64,000 nt of DNA from Hormoscilla sp. (GTDB lineage: Bacteria > Cyanobacteriota > Cyanobacteriia > Cyanobacteriales > Desertifilaceae). Below are positions 63,807-64,000 of the stretch, in pieces. Position 1 is the first letter of the stretch. Each line of letters opens with the position of its first letter. The stretch lies in the NCBI GenBank assembly GCA_051439505.1, contig JBFRWI010000132.1:1-64000 (forward strand), in the 5' to 3' direction. Below the pieces are notes generated by a model, which saw nothing but the letters and a program-made list of their open reading frames with translations, was not told the DNA's origin and ran no database searches. A program made the translations under genes and the position numbers.

Positions 63807-64000
63807 TTACCTACCTAAAATAGCAGCAGAGTTACCGAAATAAAATACCCCAGCAATACAACCAGTCATCAAGGTAGCTAAGGTAGCGGCCCAGAGGGCT
63901 TTCCAGGCTACGGAACTAATATCTTTTCGCCGTTGAGGCACCAAACTCGTCAAACCGCCCACGAATATCCCCAAGGATCCGACATGGGCAAAACCGCAGA
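63807..64000 (-). CDS. 3' end of a NupC/CNT-family nucleoside transporter (cut by window edge)
   Basis: Hand translation CGFAHVGSLGIFVGGLTSLVPQRRKDISSVAWKALWAATLATLMTGCIAG...GR*. Confidence 0.8.
   Translation of the reverse strand, partial: CGFAHVGSLGIFVGGLTSLVPQRRKDISSVAWKALWAATLATLMTGCIAGVFYFGNSAAILGR

Overview
Chromosomal window from a cyanobacterium, probably filamentous (dense HIP1 GCGATCGC sites, heptamer tandem repeats, apcF/psaK/petN/ndhF/ndhD). A housekeeping backbone (apcF, glnA, trpF, smc, cyclophilin, clpC, truB, ndhF1/D1, trxC-like, Z-ISO-like, rbcR-like LysR) is interleaved with accessory blocks: (1) an orphan one-module NRPS (C-A-MT-T-TE) with an ornithine-like A-domain code and a Cys-type thioesterase; (2) three sensor-less REC-histidine kinases plus a lone receiver; (3) a repeat/MITE-rich patch with a decayed PIN-type gene pair; (4) a V4R/ferredoxin/phycobiliprotein-like/Ser-Thr kinase operon resembling Synechocystis slr0144-0152; (5) a tandem pair of PP2C phosphatases, one fused to a NarX/PilJ-type nitrate-sensor motif and the other to a complete Amt ammonium-transporter domain, which is my best candidate for an undescribed nitrogen-sensing system; (6) an MNT-HEPN toxin-antitoxin pair; (7) a CitE-like/SDR/PrpD operon. 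Hand translation added petN and the 3' end of a NupC transporter, both absent from the ORF track. All family calls are from motif recognition; no database search was run.
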